Shown here: piece after piece, positions 21,137 to 30,873 of the stretch
How positions within the stretch are numbered: position 1 is the first letter of the stretch
Layout of the letters: every line of letters begins with the position of its first letter
IMG/VR virus record: IMGVR_UViG_3300032233_002382
Coordinates: 160,001-224,000 of that record
Length of the DNA: 64,000 nucleotides
Direction: 5' to 3' (one strand)
Origin: a virus
Taxonomy: Duplodnaviria > Caudoviricetes
Notes under the pieces: generated by a model
Database searches by the model: none
What the model was told of the DNA's origin: nothing
Seen by the model: only the letters and a program-made list of their open reading frames with translations
Position numbers and translations under genes: made by a program

Positions 21137-23187
21137 TATGGCACCAAATTTCCGACGGTATCTTTTAACCCCGTCAGAGATAACGAATAAGATTTTTGGC
21201 GCATCTTGTTCACGTTAAAGAGCAAGCGAGTTGGAGATGGCCATTTAAAGCTAGTAACTTCCAAAGGCGGAGCCACTGATGTAAATGAATAACTAAAACT
21301 TTGTTTTGTGTCTATGGCTTTTGAAAAGTAGACCTCCACTTCATCGGAACGAATCACTTCACCGTTAAATTCTAATCTTAAACCAGGGACAGGAAGAGCG
21401 ACAGCAACATATGGAGGATAGTCCAAACCGATTATAACATCCGATAAGCCATAGAATATGTCGTTAGTGTTTCCAGTTTCATTGTCTGAAACCAATACAT
21501 TCGCTTTAAATGTTAACTGATAAGGCTGTCCAATGAGCTGATTGGGTTCTGATGTGATGATTTGGTCAGAAAGACCTGCACTCAACCATGATAGCCTTAA
21601 ACCTTGATGGATGAATTCATTCTGTGTATGACGAATGAAGTAATTGGCTAAAGAGCCTATTAAATCGAGTAGAGTCGATAAATCGACGGCATCTGGCGTT
21701 GAAAACACTTGATAATCTGCAACGTTCCCATGGTACTCTGCAGTTGTGCTATGAGTAAGAATCCTTAGTTTAAGTAGATTGGCTGACGATATGAGATCAG
21801 ATAGAGTCGTGCCCGGAATTGTCTCAGAAATCATATTAACGAGGTCTACAGTAGAATGGGACGACGCATTCTTGCGGTGACCATCGAAAGAAGTCCACAA
21901 GTTATTTAATAACCAGTATAAACTATATATGGAGATAGAATTCTCACTTGGTGATTGATGATTTAAGGGATATGATACGCTTGGTGGTGATGACAATACG
22001 AAGCCTACATCATGCCGCGCCAAAAAACCGACAGAAGGAACCGACACCAGTTTTAACGGTTTCGGGATCGAACCGGAAGGTCGTGGACTGGAGGAACCGG
22101 TTGTAGACGGAACAGTCTCAGATAAACCATCCTCGGATTTAATTTTAGCCGAAATCAATATTTTAGGATTTCGAATGCCAGATCGGACCCGTAAGTCTAC
22201 ATGCCAAAAGTACTGCGCATCTGGACACGCAGATTCACTCGATGCATAATCGTAGGATATGTAAGAATTTATCCAGGAAGCGCTAATGTTTATGAATTCA
22301 GCTGGAAGCCCGTCGACTATCATGTTCCAGTTGCTAGTATTCTTCGCCGATGCGATTTGAACTGGAACGTTAAAGAAAGCTCTCACATTTACATATGAAT
22401 TAAATGGATCATTATGATCGTAGAACCAATCGGTAATCCGAGAAAATAATAACCTAATAGACTTTAGTTTAGGAAAATCGATCGGTCTCGGTATTTCTTG
22501 CGGGACAATAAAGGGAACCGACCCATTCGAAGTATTAAGACTCGTATCTTTTATCGCGCTATATGTGACCAGATAATTTGAGTTTGTTGGGTCTATAGCA
22601 TCGATTTTGAACAAAAGGAGGTTCGGTGGAATTAGATCAGTATTTGGCACCCATGTAAGTGGTTTTACCTTAGTTAAATCATCTTGAGGACTTATACTTG
22701 CTGTAGCCGCCGTCGTATATGGGAATACAACACGATCATATTCGATAACTAAGTATCCTTCTTTATGCGAATATGCTCCAATTGCAATCGCATAATCCGG
22801 AACTGTAGCTACAAAGTTATAAGCTCCGACATTGACACCACCAATCCCATCATAAGCAGTAACCCCGAAGATTTCGAGGGAATATGTGGAGTTTAAAGTT
22901 AAGCTTTTCTTAAAGATAAGTTCGTACTGCATATTGTCGAGCTCATATGGTCGAACCGTTTCGATCTCCGGCAAAAAAGATCCTGGCGTAATGACTGAAA
23001 GCCTGTAGCTATCGACACTTAGTGCTAAACCGTCGTTTACTGGTCTCGCATACTTAATTCGAATCGATTTGCTAGTCAGACTATGAAGTATGACGCCGAA
23101 AGCCTGCGTTCCGAACTCATTCACGAGTCCGGGAACTAAAGTTCCGGGTTGAGCGTCTACACTTCCGATCGTTCCAGCGAAAGGCAT
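21136..23187 (-). CDS. Virion protein with Ig-like beta-sandwich segments and three His repeats (683 aa)
   Basis: Ig-like segments at both ends (IRIKYARPV, YSLEIFGVTAYDG; VEVYFSKAI, YSLSLTGLKDTVGN) around LKLRILTH...YH-type repeats. Confidence 0.65.
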   Translation of the reverse strand: MPFAGTIGSVDAQPGTLVPGLVNEFGTQAFGVILHSLTSKSIRIKYARPVNDGLALSVDSYRLSVITPGSFLPEIETVRPYELDNMQYELIFKKSLTLNSTYSLEIFGVTAYDGIGGVNVGAYNFVATVPDYAIAIGAYSHKEGYLVIEYDRVVFPYTTAATASISPQDDLTKVKPLTWVPNTDLIPPNLLLFKIDAIDPTNSNYLVTYSAIKDTSLNTSNGSVPFIVPQEIPRPIDFPKLKSIRLLFSRITDWFYDHNDPFNSYVNVRAFFNVPVQIASAKNTSNWNMIVDGLPAEFINISASWINSYISYDYASSESACPDAQYFWHVDLRVRSGIRNPKILISAKIKSEDGLSETVPSTTGSSSPRPSGSIPKPLKLVSVPSVGFLARHDVGFVLSSPPSVSYPLNHQSPSENSISIYSLYWLLNNLWTSFDGHRKNASSHSTVDLVNMISETIPGTTLSDLISSANLLKLRILTHSTTAEYHGNVADYQVFSTPDAVDLSTLLDLIGSLANYFIRHTQNEFIHQGLRLSWLSAGLSDQIITSEPNQLIGQPYQLTFKANVLVSDNETGNTNDIFYGLSDVIIGLDYPPYVAVALPVPGLRLEFNGEVIRSDEVEVYFSKAIDTKQSFSYSFTSVAPPLEVTSFKWPSPTRLLFNVNKMRQKSYSLSLTGLKDTVGNLVP

Positions 23188-23223
23188 GTTATATTTTACC
23201 TACTAATAATGCTTCAAATATTC

Positions 23224-23258
23224 CGATGGCCTATGAGCTCCGAGCTCATAGGCCATCG
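23224..23258. terminator. Perfect 17-bp inverted repeat, 1-nt spacer (putative terminator/RNA stabiliser)
   Basis: CGATGGCCTATGAGCTC-C-GAGCTCATAGGCCATCG in the gap after 23267..23554. The structure is certain; terminator function is inferred. Confidence 0.55.
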
Positions 23259-23266
23259 AAAAACCG

Positions 23267-23554
23267 TTATTCCTTAACGTTTAGCTCTAAATACTGAGTA
23301 GCGACATCTGCGATATAACAAAAGGCCGAAGAACCAAACGCCATGGCGACTGCGGCGCTAAGACCTGATAAGACGGACCCATAAGAGTGAACCGGAAAAG
23401 TTATTATGAACGTCAAGTATCCAGCATGAAACCCCGTGCAGTAAGAACACTTCAGAAGGTCCTTAAAGAACGGCTTTTTATGTAGGAACGCTATCTTGTT
23501 CATTAGCCCAAAAGCAATGCCGTAAGCCACTAGAAGATCGAATAGTATGTACAT
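23267..23554 (-). CDS. Small membrane protein with CxxC, DUF1360-like (95 aa)
   Basis: Hydrophobic segments flank FFKDLLKCSYCTGFH, resembling the LLxCxxC signature of DUF1360-type proteins. Confidence 0.55.
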   Translation of the reverse strand: MYILFDLLVAYGIAFGLMNKIAFLHKKPFFKDLLKCSYCTGFHAGYLTFIITFPVHSYGSVLSGLSAAVAMAFGSSAFCYIADVATQYLELNVKE

Positions 23555-23875
23555 TTATTCCTCCGTAGTTCTACGCGAAGATGACCGCGTGCGTTTAGTG
23601 GAGTCGATCGGGGCGAGTCTGCAGCAAGAAGTCTTCGCAGACGCTGCGAATATTTTGACGCTGTCGGGAACACCATCGTTGTCGCAGTCAAAGCCTAAAT
23701 CAAGACGCTGAGTATTTAGAGCTTCGACTATTAGATCTCTTTCAGCTGCAGCCTGCGCCGGAACCGCGACAATACCTTTAGTTCGAAGGTGTTCAATCTG
23801 CATAAGCCTCAGTATTGCTTCGCCTAAGCCCATTTGCATGACTTTAGCAAATTTTTTATCTTTAGCAGGTCCCAT
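23555..23875 (-). CDS. Small hypothetical protein (106 aa) with DCDNDGVPD acidic loop
   Basis: ORF abuts the next gene; Dx[DN]xDG-like motif and a CC pair. Confidence 0.65.
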   Translation of the reverse strand: MGPAKDKKFAKVMQMGLGEAILRLMQIEHLRTKGIVAVPAQAAAERDLIVEALNTQRLDLGFDCDNDGVPDSVKIFAASAKTSCCRLAPIDSTKRTRSSSRRTTEE

Positions 23876-23890
23876 TTACACCCCATATAC

Positions 23891-23926
23891 AACACAGCCA
23901 GAGAGATTGCTCTCTCTGGCTGTGTT
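23891..23926. terminator. Perfect 16-bp inverted repeat, 4-nt loop
   Basis: AACACAGCCAGAGAGA-TTGC-TCTCTCTGGCTGTGTT just downstream of the 23938..25626 stop. Confidence 0.55.
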
Positions 23927-23937
23927 AGAATTAAGGT

Positions 23938-25626
23938 TTACAGATCGGTTACAAAGACCGGACGGAATAGAACCGAGCGAGTATCGCTCTGACTGCGGGT
24001 CTCGGCAGTTCCGATTCTCCAAACTCGACCAGTCTCAGGAGGAGTTATGCTGGCGTTACCAGGAGTAGAGGAGAGATAAATGGGAGTGCCGATGGTCGAT
24101 CCAGCGGTGCCACTGGCTCCGAAGAAGACGTCAGTAGCAACGCCAGAGGTAGTAACGACAGCACCAGCAGTATAAGAATCACCGGAGCCACCAGTGAAGC
24201 CAGAAGGCACGAAGAAGCTGGTGATGGTGTCGTAAACGTAGCCGCCGTTATAGTGGTCTATTGGACCGCTACCGGTCGAACCGCCTAGGTAGAAGCCCTC
24301 AGTCGTAATGCCCTTAACCTGCCAACCCTTATTTATATCGTAGTACGGGATATCGCTCTCGATGTTACGTAGAGCAATCCAGTCGTTATTATTGACGCTT
24401 CCGGTAAGGTCATTGGTGAACACGAACCATTCACCATCCGCATTTCCGATCGTGGCAGTAAGACCGATACCGGTCACCGGGCTAATGGACGCAAAACTAG
24501 GTCCGGTAGCCGATACGAAGAACGGAAGCTCTCCGCCAGACTGAGCGATCTGATCATAAAGATCGATGAGCGGGGTTCCGTTACCGTCAGTCACGAAGTT
24601 AAAGATAAAGTTGTTTCCTACTTGATCAGTCTGAAGGAAAGAGCTCTGGTAATTTCCGGAGGTGGCGCCGAAATAAAGACTGCTACCCAAAGTACCAGGA
24701 ACAGTGGCCGTGAAGGCAAGATCGAATCCGGCACCGGTCCAACCAGAGGTGTCTCCAACCGAGGGACCCGAAATAGTCGCGATTCCTACTAACTCCTTGA
24801 GCGCGTTCGTGGAGCTACCCTGTTCGGCAGGACGCAGAAGCCCTTCGAAGAAGGGATCGTGAGCAAGAATACTTCCAGCAGTAGAACCGGCCATGATACT
24901 ATAAACGGAACTCCCGCCGGTCCCAATCTCCGTATAACCGGTGCCGTTCGTGGTTCCGTTAAAATCGCTCAGCTTCGCAGTGGCGTAGAAAGCCGAAACC
25001 ATCTTACCTAAGGTAATCGAAGTACCCATCGAATCTTTAATATAGCTACCATCGGACATCGCAAGAACGCCGAGGTCGATCTGAACTACGGTTCCAGTAA
25101 CCGTGTCATACTGTGGATCGCTAAATGTGACGTCATCCTTAATAAACGGAGCATACCCAGGAACCGACGTTTCTAAATAAAGTACAGTGTTTCCGCCGGA
25201 ATACTCTGTGTTCTGAACAGAGAACAGACCGTTGTTCTCGATTTTGTTCGCGCCTGATACTTGAATTAAAGCGCCGGAAACAAACTCGCTAGTAACGTTG
25301 CCGCTGACGTAAATGCGGGCCTGACCGGAAGACATTGCCTTTGAACGATAGGCAACTGCTGTCATCGTCGACTTGCCGGAGGCCTTCTTAATGTTGAAGG
25401 TAAAGCCGACAGCCGACGCGCTCGAGCTTACGTTCGTGGCGTTAATGTCAAGGAACTTATCGCCGACCATCAAGTCGACGCCACTGCCGCCAACGACTAA
25501 ACTGCCAGCAACCTGTAGGTTACCCCCGACCTTGAGGGTACCGCCCATCGTCAAGTCGTCGGCCGCGCTTATTTTCTGAACTCTTCCATCCACATAGACT
25601 AATATCTGATTATTATAAGTGGCCAT
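23938..25626 (-). CDS. Gly/Ser/Thr-rich fibre or decoration protein (562 aa)
   Basis: N-terminal beta-repeat (LKVGGNLQVAGSLVVGG); C-terminal GTPIYLSSTPG...RIGTA as in phage fibre/cement tips; GGAGG RBS. Confidence 0.55.
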   Translation of the reverse strand: MATYNNQILVYVDGRVQKISAADDLTMGGTLKVGGNLQVAGSLVVGGSGVDLMVGDKFLDINATNVSSSASAVGFTFNIKKASGKSTMTAVAYRSKAMSSGQARIYVSGNVTSEFVSGALIQVSGANKIENNGLFSVQNTEYSGGNTVLYLETSVPGYAPFIKDDVTFSDPQYDTVTGTVVQIDLGVLAMSDGSYIKDSMGTSITLGKMVSAFYATAKLSDFNGTTNGTGYTEIGTGGSSVYSIMAGSTAGSILAHDPFFEGLLRPAEQGSSTNALKELVGIATISGPSVGDTSGWTGAGFDLAFTATVPGTLGSSLYFGATSGNYQSSFLQTDQVGNNFIFNFVTDGNGTPLIDLYDQIAQSGGELPFFVSATGPSFASISPVTGIGLTATIGNADGEWFVFTNDLTGSVNNNDWIALRNIESDIPYYDINKGWQVKGITTEGFYLGGSTGSGPIDHYNGGYVYDTITSFFVPSGFTGGSGDSYTAGAVVTTSGVATDVFFGASGTAGSTIGTPIYLSSTPGNASITPPETGRVWRIGTAETRSQSDTRSVLFRPVFVTDL

Positions 25627-25697
25627 TGACCCTCCGGGTGAAACGAGATCCGTCTCGTCAATTACTCAGGCTCATTAAAAATTCGATTAAGACGAAA

Positions 25698-26582
25698 TCA
25701 GACTTCGACCGAATATAACACTGCCGACCAGTCCGTTCCAGAAACGCCGCTGGCCGTAGTACCCCAGGCTTGAATATACAAACCCGGAATCGAATCGTCT
25801 GAAATGAACGAGGGTCCCGTCACATATCCTGAGAACGAACCAAACGGTGTGACTGTTTCGCTTTCGATAAAAATAGTGCCACCATCATTGAATGCTAGGC
25901 ATTCAATTGTAAACCCTTTAGATCCTAGCGATGTAGTCGACCCGAAGTTTCTAGCCACTAACTCGGCCCGTATCTTACTAGAAGAATTGTAAGGCAATGG
26001 ATATACGTTGCCAGGGACTAGCCCTAAATCGGGGTCAACTAGCAAGTTTACAGAAGTGTTGCCCGAAACGGATCCATAATACCGACTCCCGAATGAAGGG
26101 CCAGTCGGTCCAACTAATCCCGCAGACCCGGTAGGTCCAACTAATCCCGCAGACCCGGTAGGTCCAACTAAACCTACTGCCCCGGCCGGACCAGTAGGAC
26201 CTACAAATCCTGAGTAACCTGTAGGTCCTTTTGGACCCGTTGAACCAGTGGAACCTATGGAACCTGTTGGTCCGATAGGTCCCTGAGCACCAGTATCACC
26301 ACGGATATTATCAAGGCTTCCAGCCGTAACTATCAGGGTAACAAGAGCACCGTAGTTGTGAGGTTGCGGTGAAGTGCCTTCGATGCCTCGATAAACAGTA
26401 AAGACATTACCAGATACATCGACGACGAGTAGTAACTCGTCGTCGATCCTAATCCTAAATTGCCCAGTAGATGTAGGGAAGCGACTGGCATCGGCCACAC
26501 GAATTTTAGAATCTGTCGCGGTTATGCCGCTTAGTTTATTTAGGAAAGTCTGAGCATTATTTGCGAATAACTCGTGAGACAT
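25698..26582 (-). CDS. Collagen-like short fibre protein (294 aa)
   Basis: About 23 Gly-X-Y triplets ([13 protein letters not shown]...) between an N-terminal IRIDDE..RG..GT..H module and a globular C-terminus. Confidence 0.8.
   Translation of the reverse strand: MSHELFANNAQTFLNKLSGITATDSKIRVADASRFPTSTGQFRIRIDDELLLVVDVSGNVFTVYRGIEGTSPQPHNYGALVTLIVTAGSLDNIRGDTGAQGPIGPTGSIGSTGSTGPKGPTGYSGFVGPTGPAGAVGLVGPTGSAGLVGPTGSAGLVGPTGPSFGSRYYGSVSGNTSVNLLVDPDLGLVPGNVYPLPYNSSSKIRAELVARNFGSTTSLGSKGFTIECLAFNDGGTIFIESETVTPFGSFSGYVTGPSFISDDSIPGLYIQAWGTTASGVSGTDWSAVLYSVEV
26107..26170. repeat. 27-bp perfect tandem repeat (~2.4 copies) within the collagen tract
   Basis: GGTCCAACTAATCCCGCAGACCCGGTA at 26107 and 26134, partial at 26161; encodes GPTGSAGLV units. 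Confidence 0.9.
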
Positions 26583-26597
26583 ATTATACCTGCTTTT

Positions 26598-27413
26598 CTA
26601 TGGTGCTACGTGTAATTCATCTACTACCGCGTGGTTTTGCTTTGCACCAAACGGATCGATTCCGAAAACACCCAAAGAAAAACGCCTAAAATCCGCGTAT
26701 CTATACTGGTCTGTAGACACTATAGGCTTATCTAGCACTTTGTTAGGTTCAAATGGGGACCCCACTTCGAAGGTCGTTCTATTGCCTTCATATTCGTCAC
26801 GAAGAATATACTTTAATCGATAAAGAGTATGAGCAGGCTTAATGACCGACAATAAGATTCGAATATTATGGTCAGATAAAATAGTATTCACGCCGCTTTC
26901 TTCATTCAAGTATATGTCGACTGTAAAGGTGAACTCATTAGAGATGTCATAACCGTAAGCACTTTTGCTTAAAGACTGAATGTCTTCTGAAATACGAACC
27001 GTTCCGCTCGTCAGCAGTTCGATTCCTTCTTGGATCGCTTCGGGTGTGCTCCCTTTAAAATAAACCGAAATTATCGAAACCAGGAAGGACCTGAAATCGT
27101 CATCTGTAGACTCTAAATTAGGTGCTGATTCAGGAAAAAGCAAATTTGTGACTACTTGATATAAATACTCAGTGCGAGTAGCCGAGAATTTATTATCGGC
27201 AAGCACATCATCTAAAGCGATTTTTATCTGGCTTAAGCAAATAGAAATCGCTTTCAAGTTTCGAGCGTAGTTAGGTCCATCGACGTTTGATTTCCAGTAC
27301 GAACTCAATAAAGTGAACAACACGCCGAATTCGCGGTTTACTTCATTTTGAAGCCTGGCTAAGTAGACTTCCCCACTCTCATACGCGTTAACATTTTGTT
27401 TTATGATCGCCAT
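26598..27413 (-). CDS. Baseplate wedge protein (P2 gpI / T4 gp7-like) (271 aa)
   Basis: LLSVIKPAHTLY motif and GSTPEAI; directly follows the baseplate J-like gene. Confidence 0.7.
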   Translation of the reverse strand: MAIIKQNVNAYESGEVYLARLQNEVNREFGVLFTLLSSYWKSNVDGPNYARNLKAISICLSQIKIALDDVLADNKFSATRTEYLYQVVTNLLFPESAPNLESTDDDFRSFLVSIISVYFKGSTPEAIQEGIELLTSGTVRISEDIQSLSKSAYGYDISNEFTFTVDIYLNEESGVNTILSDHNIRILLSVIKPAHTLYRLKYILRDEYEGNRTTFEVGSPFEPNKVLDKPIVSTDQYRYADFRRFSLGVFGIDPFGAKQNHAVVDELHVAP

Positions 27414-27415
27414 AA

Positions 27416-30400
27416 CTATCCCTTTTTATAAGTTATGGTCAGATCGCCCGAAGTAAGATATTCTAGGTTACTTACATAAACATCTTTGGCGCTGACGTCA
27501 CCGCTAACGATGTAAGAAGCTGCGAATGAATGATTTGTCGGGACATCTGGAGGCGATTGACCGAAATCGAGAGACACTAAGACTCGATTGGCCGTCAAAT
27601 TTTTTCTCGCATTTAATATCTCAATGGCTGTGTCATAAGATTTCGAAAGCGTCGCATCATCACTGAAACCGGGAATTATGGCGCCATCTGAACCAATTAT
27701 GTACGATTGATTTAAGCCAGAGCTCACATCTTCTATGGATCTAGCGTTAGTCATGGACAGACTATCTTTATAGACGCAATGGAAAATGTTGTTCGGACCA
27801 CCACCATTACTAGTAGCGAAGGGCAGAGGTTGAGTAAGCAGATAAACCGCATTCACTCCGGCGCTAATGGAAGGAAGAAACACGAAATCACTAGCCAATT
27901 CGTCTTTCGCCCTGTATGATCCGTTTGCAAGAGTCATTCGGTTGAAGGGCGTGACTATATAGTCGACGCCTTCCGTATTATCAAAAGACGCTATCACATC
28001 TGAAACGTGAACGTCCTCTCCAACGTTCTTATTATTTATAGCATTTGAATATGAGGTGCGAAGGTTTATATCCACTGTCGATTGAACGGAATTCGGCTTT
28101 AACACAACAGTAGTCTCGATATACAGAGGATTCTCGATCGCTTGCTTCACCAAAATGTCTGCTGTTATGTGACGCTTTGCATCTATCTCGTCATTGACTC
28201 TCTGTAGCACGTCATTCACGACATATGTCACTGCGAAGTTTTCATCATGTTCATAGTCAACTGAAACTGTCGAACCATCAGGTATCGAACTTAGTGCGGT
28301 CCGTACAATCGACAATGGGCTTGTCTGCGTTCCAGGTATGACTAAGTAATCCGGACTTACTCCGTCCGGACCAGCATAGAGGACAGTTCTATCTTCAGAG
28401 TAAACTTTTAGAGTGTAACGGTTTATACCTACCGAGTTTAAGGATTCGTTTATGGTTCCGATAAGAACGTGCGTTTCACCGTTAACCTGAATCGGAGCAC
28501 CACTCGGTTGTCCGAGGTATTGATTTACGCTCACATAATCCGTTGACTGAACGCTTTCGCCTTCGTAGAGCGGATCTTGTAATTTATACAGTGTATAACC
28601 GAAAGTGTTATCCAAAGCGCCACTGACCTGGCCTACAACGCTAGAAACTGAGACGATTGGCTGAACGGTCGGAGTAAACTTATTGTTGCTGCGGAATCGA
28701 TAATCACCTTGAATGAAATCGTCGTAGGCAGTATCAGGTTGTGGTATGGAAGTGTTCAATTTTATTGTACGGTAATCGACATAAACGACGCCTGAAAGAT
28801 CATATGATGATACCGGAATTGTCGAATAGTTGCGTAATCCTTGATCACGACTCGGGTTGTATAGCATTTCAGCTATCGGATTATTTGGCGTTAGACGACT
28901 ATCCAAGGCCACGAATATCAGATTTGTCGGATCAATGACCTGAAACCGCATGCCCGACACAACGTCGAATTCAAAAGCAAACGTTTCGACTACGGTGCGT
29001 TCAATAGTGCCCTTGATGTAAATGTCGACTTTGCCGCCCGTATGTTTACGCCTTATCGGGTCATAATCACGCATCATATACTGATTGCCTGCATCAACCA
29101 CATAATAGCTTAAGACACCTGGAACAGAAGAAACTATTTTTTCGATCCCGTAACGAGTCCCGCTATCAACACCTACCAGCGACTGCATGGCGGAAGTCGC
29201 TAAGTCTAAATTCGACTGATTATCAGACCCACCGATAGCTGCAGATTCATTTATCGTAAGAAATCCATTGGCTCCACTTTCTACTATATCCAGGGTGTTC
29301 GCTGGAACGTTCCCGGCAAGCCCAGGGGTGTCCGCATACATTTGGACTTTGACTTCGTAGCGCTTCTTAGTCGGGTTATAAAACCTAGCGGCTTCCGGCT
29401 GCGGTGGTATGCTATAAAGCCCTTTTGCAATAAATCTCGGGGCAGTCGGAGTAGTGGAAGAACGAACCACAGCATTTTGATTTACATATAGGGTTCTTAC
29501 AGGAGCAGTGGTTGTATAAAATATCTGTTCAATCACACTCCGCTGTGGACCTTTACGGACGATGCCATAATTTGCTGCCAAACTATCGAAAGCAGAATTT
29601 ATGAGAGATTGGACAGTAACATCATCATTCGTGGCTAAAGCAGTACGTAAATTTATCTTATACGCTGAGTCGGAAACGGGGATGCTGGTGCCCGATAAAG
29701 TAGGATCGTCTATAGCTAACAATGCAGGAAAGGACTTCGCTCGATGTACGAAGTCAAGCAAGAAATAAGTCTTTTGGATTTCGTTTGAAAATGGCTCGAC
29801 GTGAACTTCACGAATTGTGGATCCGGGAATCAGAGACAGCTCTGGAGCCACCTGCTGCACTACTTGAATGTAATCACGCGCCACTTGAGATTGATCTCGT
29901 ATCTTGAGACCTTTGATATCCTGAGTTATCGGAAGTGGCGAACCAGGCATTTCTTGAGAGTAACGGGACTCGATGAATGTCCCGCTTTGCTTATTGAAAT
30001 AGCAAGCAGTCACTACGTAATATAAAGGCTGATCGTTCGGGATTAGAGCGAACGTATCACTGTTTAAGATGCCGTTCAACTGGGTGGCATTACGATTATG
30101 AACGAATCTGTATCTGGATGTAGGGCTAGTTCGACTGAACTTTATATCTACTTTGTAATTAGGGCTATATATTAGTGGGTATACATTCCTAACTAACTCA
30201 TTAGTATCATTGTTTACTGAATCAACTGTATTTAGGACTACCTGTAAATTCTGGCTACGTGTCGAAGTAAGACTAAAGTCATAGCTGACCGATTGGCTGT
30301 CTAATTCGATAATGTCGGTGGTCGTAGGATTATCGATCGGGATCATCTGAGCGTTAACGCGCAAGTACCCACTTCCGGCACCACCCGGACCACTTGAAGC

Positions 30401-30850
30401 ATATATATTAAATCCTGAAGCGCTAGAAACGAATTGACCTGACCACTCGATGACGACCGAGTTGGCTGACCTCTGGAGATTCGTCCCAGAGGGAGGAGCA
30501 TAGACAGTGCCAATGGCAGAGTCAGACTTTACGTCGACTACTATGACACTTTCATCACTAAGGCTACCGTTAATGTCAACGGCTTTGAGCTTTATGATGT
30601 TAGTACTATAGTTAAACCTAAATCCATTTGGGTTTGCAGACGAATTAGGGATCGTGAAATATGGCAGATTCAAAGATACCAATGAAGGGTCTGCTACATA
30701 TCCACTATCATTAATATTTATCAGAATGTCGACGGTGCTATCGTCGACTAATCCGGAAAAAACCAGACTCGGGATGTTTGTAGTAATATTTAGGGCAGTC
30801 GTAGTCTCAACCGTGCTGCCTGGATAAAATATTTTAGGTGCGGTAGCCAT
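27416..30850 (-). CDS. Baseplate J-like wedge protein (T4 gp6 / P2 gpJ-like) with N-terminal Ig/FN3-like extension (1144 aa)
   Basis: PGSTIRE, LAANYGIVRK, TPGLAGNVPANTL, SSVPGV, GKVDIYIKG and GEDVHVSDVI...EGVDYI match the gpJ motif order; N-terminal ~310 aa includes LYYVVTA. Confidence 0.8.
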   Translation of the reverse strand: MATAPKIFYPGSTVETTTALNITTNIPSLVFSGLVDDSTVDILININDSGYVADPSLVSLNLPYFTIPNSSANPNGFRFNYSTNIIKLKAVDINGSLSDESVIVVDVKSDSAIGTVYAPPSGTNLQRSANSVVIEWSGQFVSSASGFNIYASSGPGGAGSGYLRVNAQMIPIDNPTTTDIIELDSQSVSYDFSLTSTRSQNLQVVLNTVDSVNNDTNELVRNVYPLIYSPNYKVDIKFSRTSPTSRYRFVHNRNATQLNGILNSDTFALIPNDQPLYYVVTACYFNKQSGTFIESRYSQEMPGSPLPITQDIKGLKIRDQSQVARDYIQVVQQVAPELSLIPGSTIREVHVEPFSNEIQKTYFLLDFVHRAKSFPALLAIDDPTLSGTSIPVSDSAYKINLRTALATNDDVTVQSLINSAFDSLAANYGIVRKGPQRSVIEQIFYTTTAPVRTLYVNQNAVVRSSTTPTAPRFIAKGLYSIPPQPEAARFYNPTKKRYEVKVQMYADTPGLAGNVPANTLDIVESGANGFLTINESAAIGGSDNQSNLDLATSAMQSLVGVDSGTRYGIEKIVSSVPGVLSYYVVDAGNQYMMRDYDPIRRKHTGGKVDIYIKGTIERTVVETFAFEFDVVSGMRFQVIDPTNLIFVALDSRLTPNNPIAEMLYNPSRDQGLRNYSTIPVSSYDLSGVVYVDYRTIKLNTSIPQPDTAYDDFIQGDYRFRSNNKFTPTVQPIVSVSSVVGQVSGALDNTFGYTLYKLQDPLYEGESVQSTDYVSVNQYLGQPSGAPIQVNGETHVLIGTINESLNSVGINRYTLKVYSEDRTVLYAGPDGVSPDYLVIPGTQTSPLSIVRTALSSIPDGSTVSVDYEHDENFAVTYVVNDVLQRVNDEIDAKRHITADILVKQAIENPLYIETTVVLKPNSVQSTVDINLRTSYSNAINNKNVGEDVHVSDVIASFDNTEGVDYIVTPFNRMTLANGSYRAKDELASDFVFLPSISAGVNAVYLLTQPLPFATSNGGGPNNIFHCVYKDSLSMTNARSIEDVSSGLNQSYIIGSDGAIIPGFSDDATLSKSYDTAIEILNARKNLTANRVLVSLDFGQSPPDVPTNHSFAASYIVSGDVSAKDVYVSNLEYLTSGDLTITYKKG

Positions 30851-30873
30851 ACTTACCCCTTTTAATTAACCAT

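Noticed and set aside
1-26582. Diversity-generating retroelement or invertible fibre cassette
   Set aside because: No reverse transcriptase or recombinase ORF and no near-identical long repeats seen by eye; a self-dotplot would be the decisive test.
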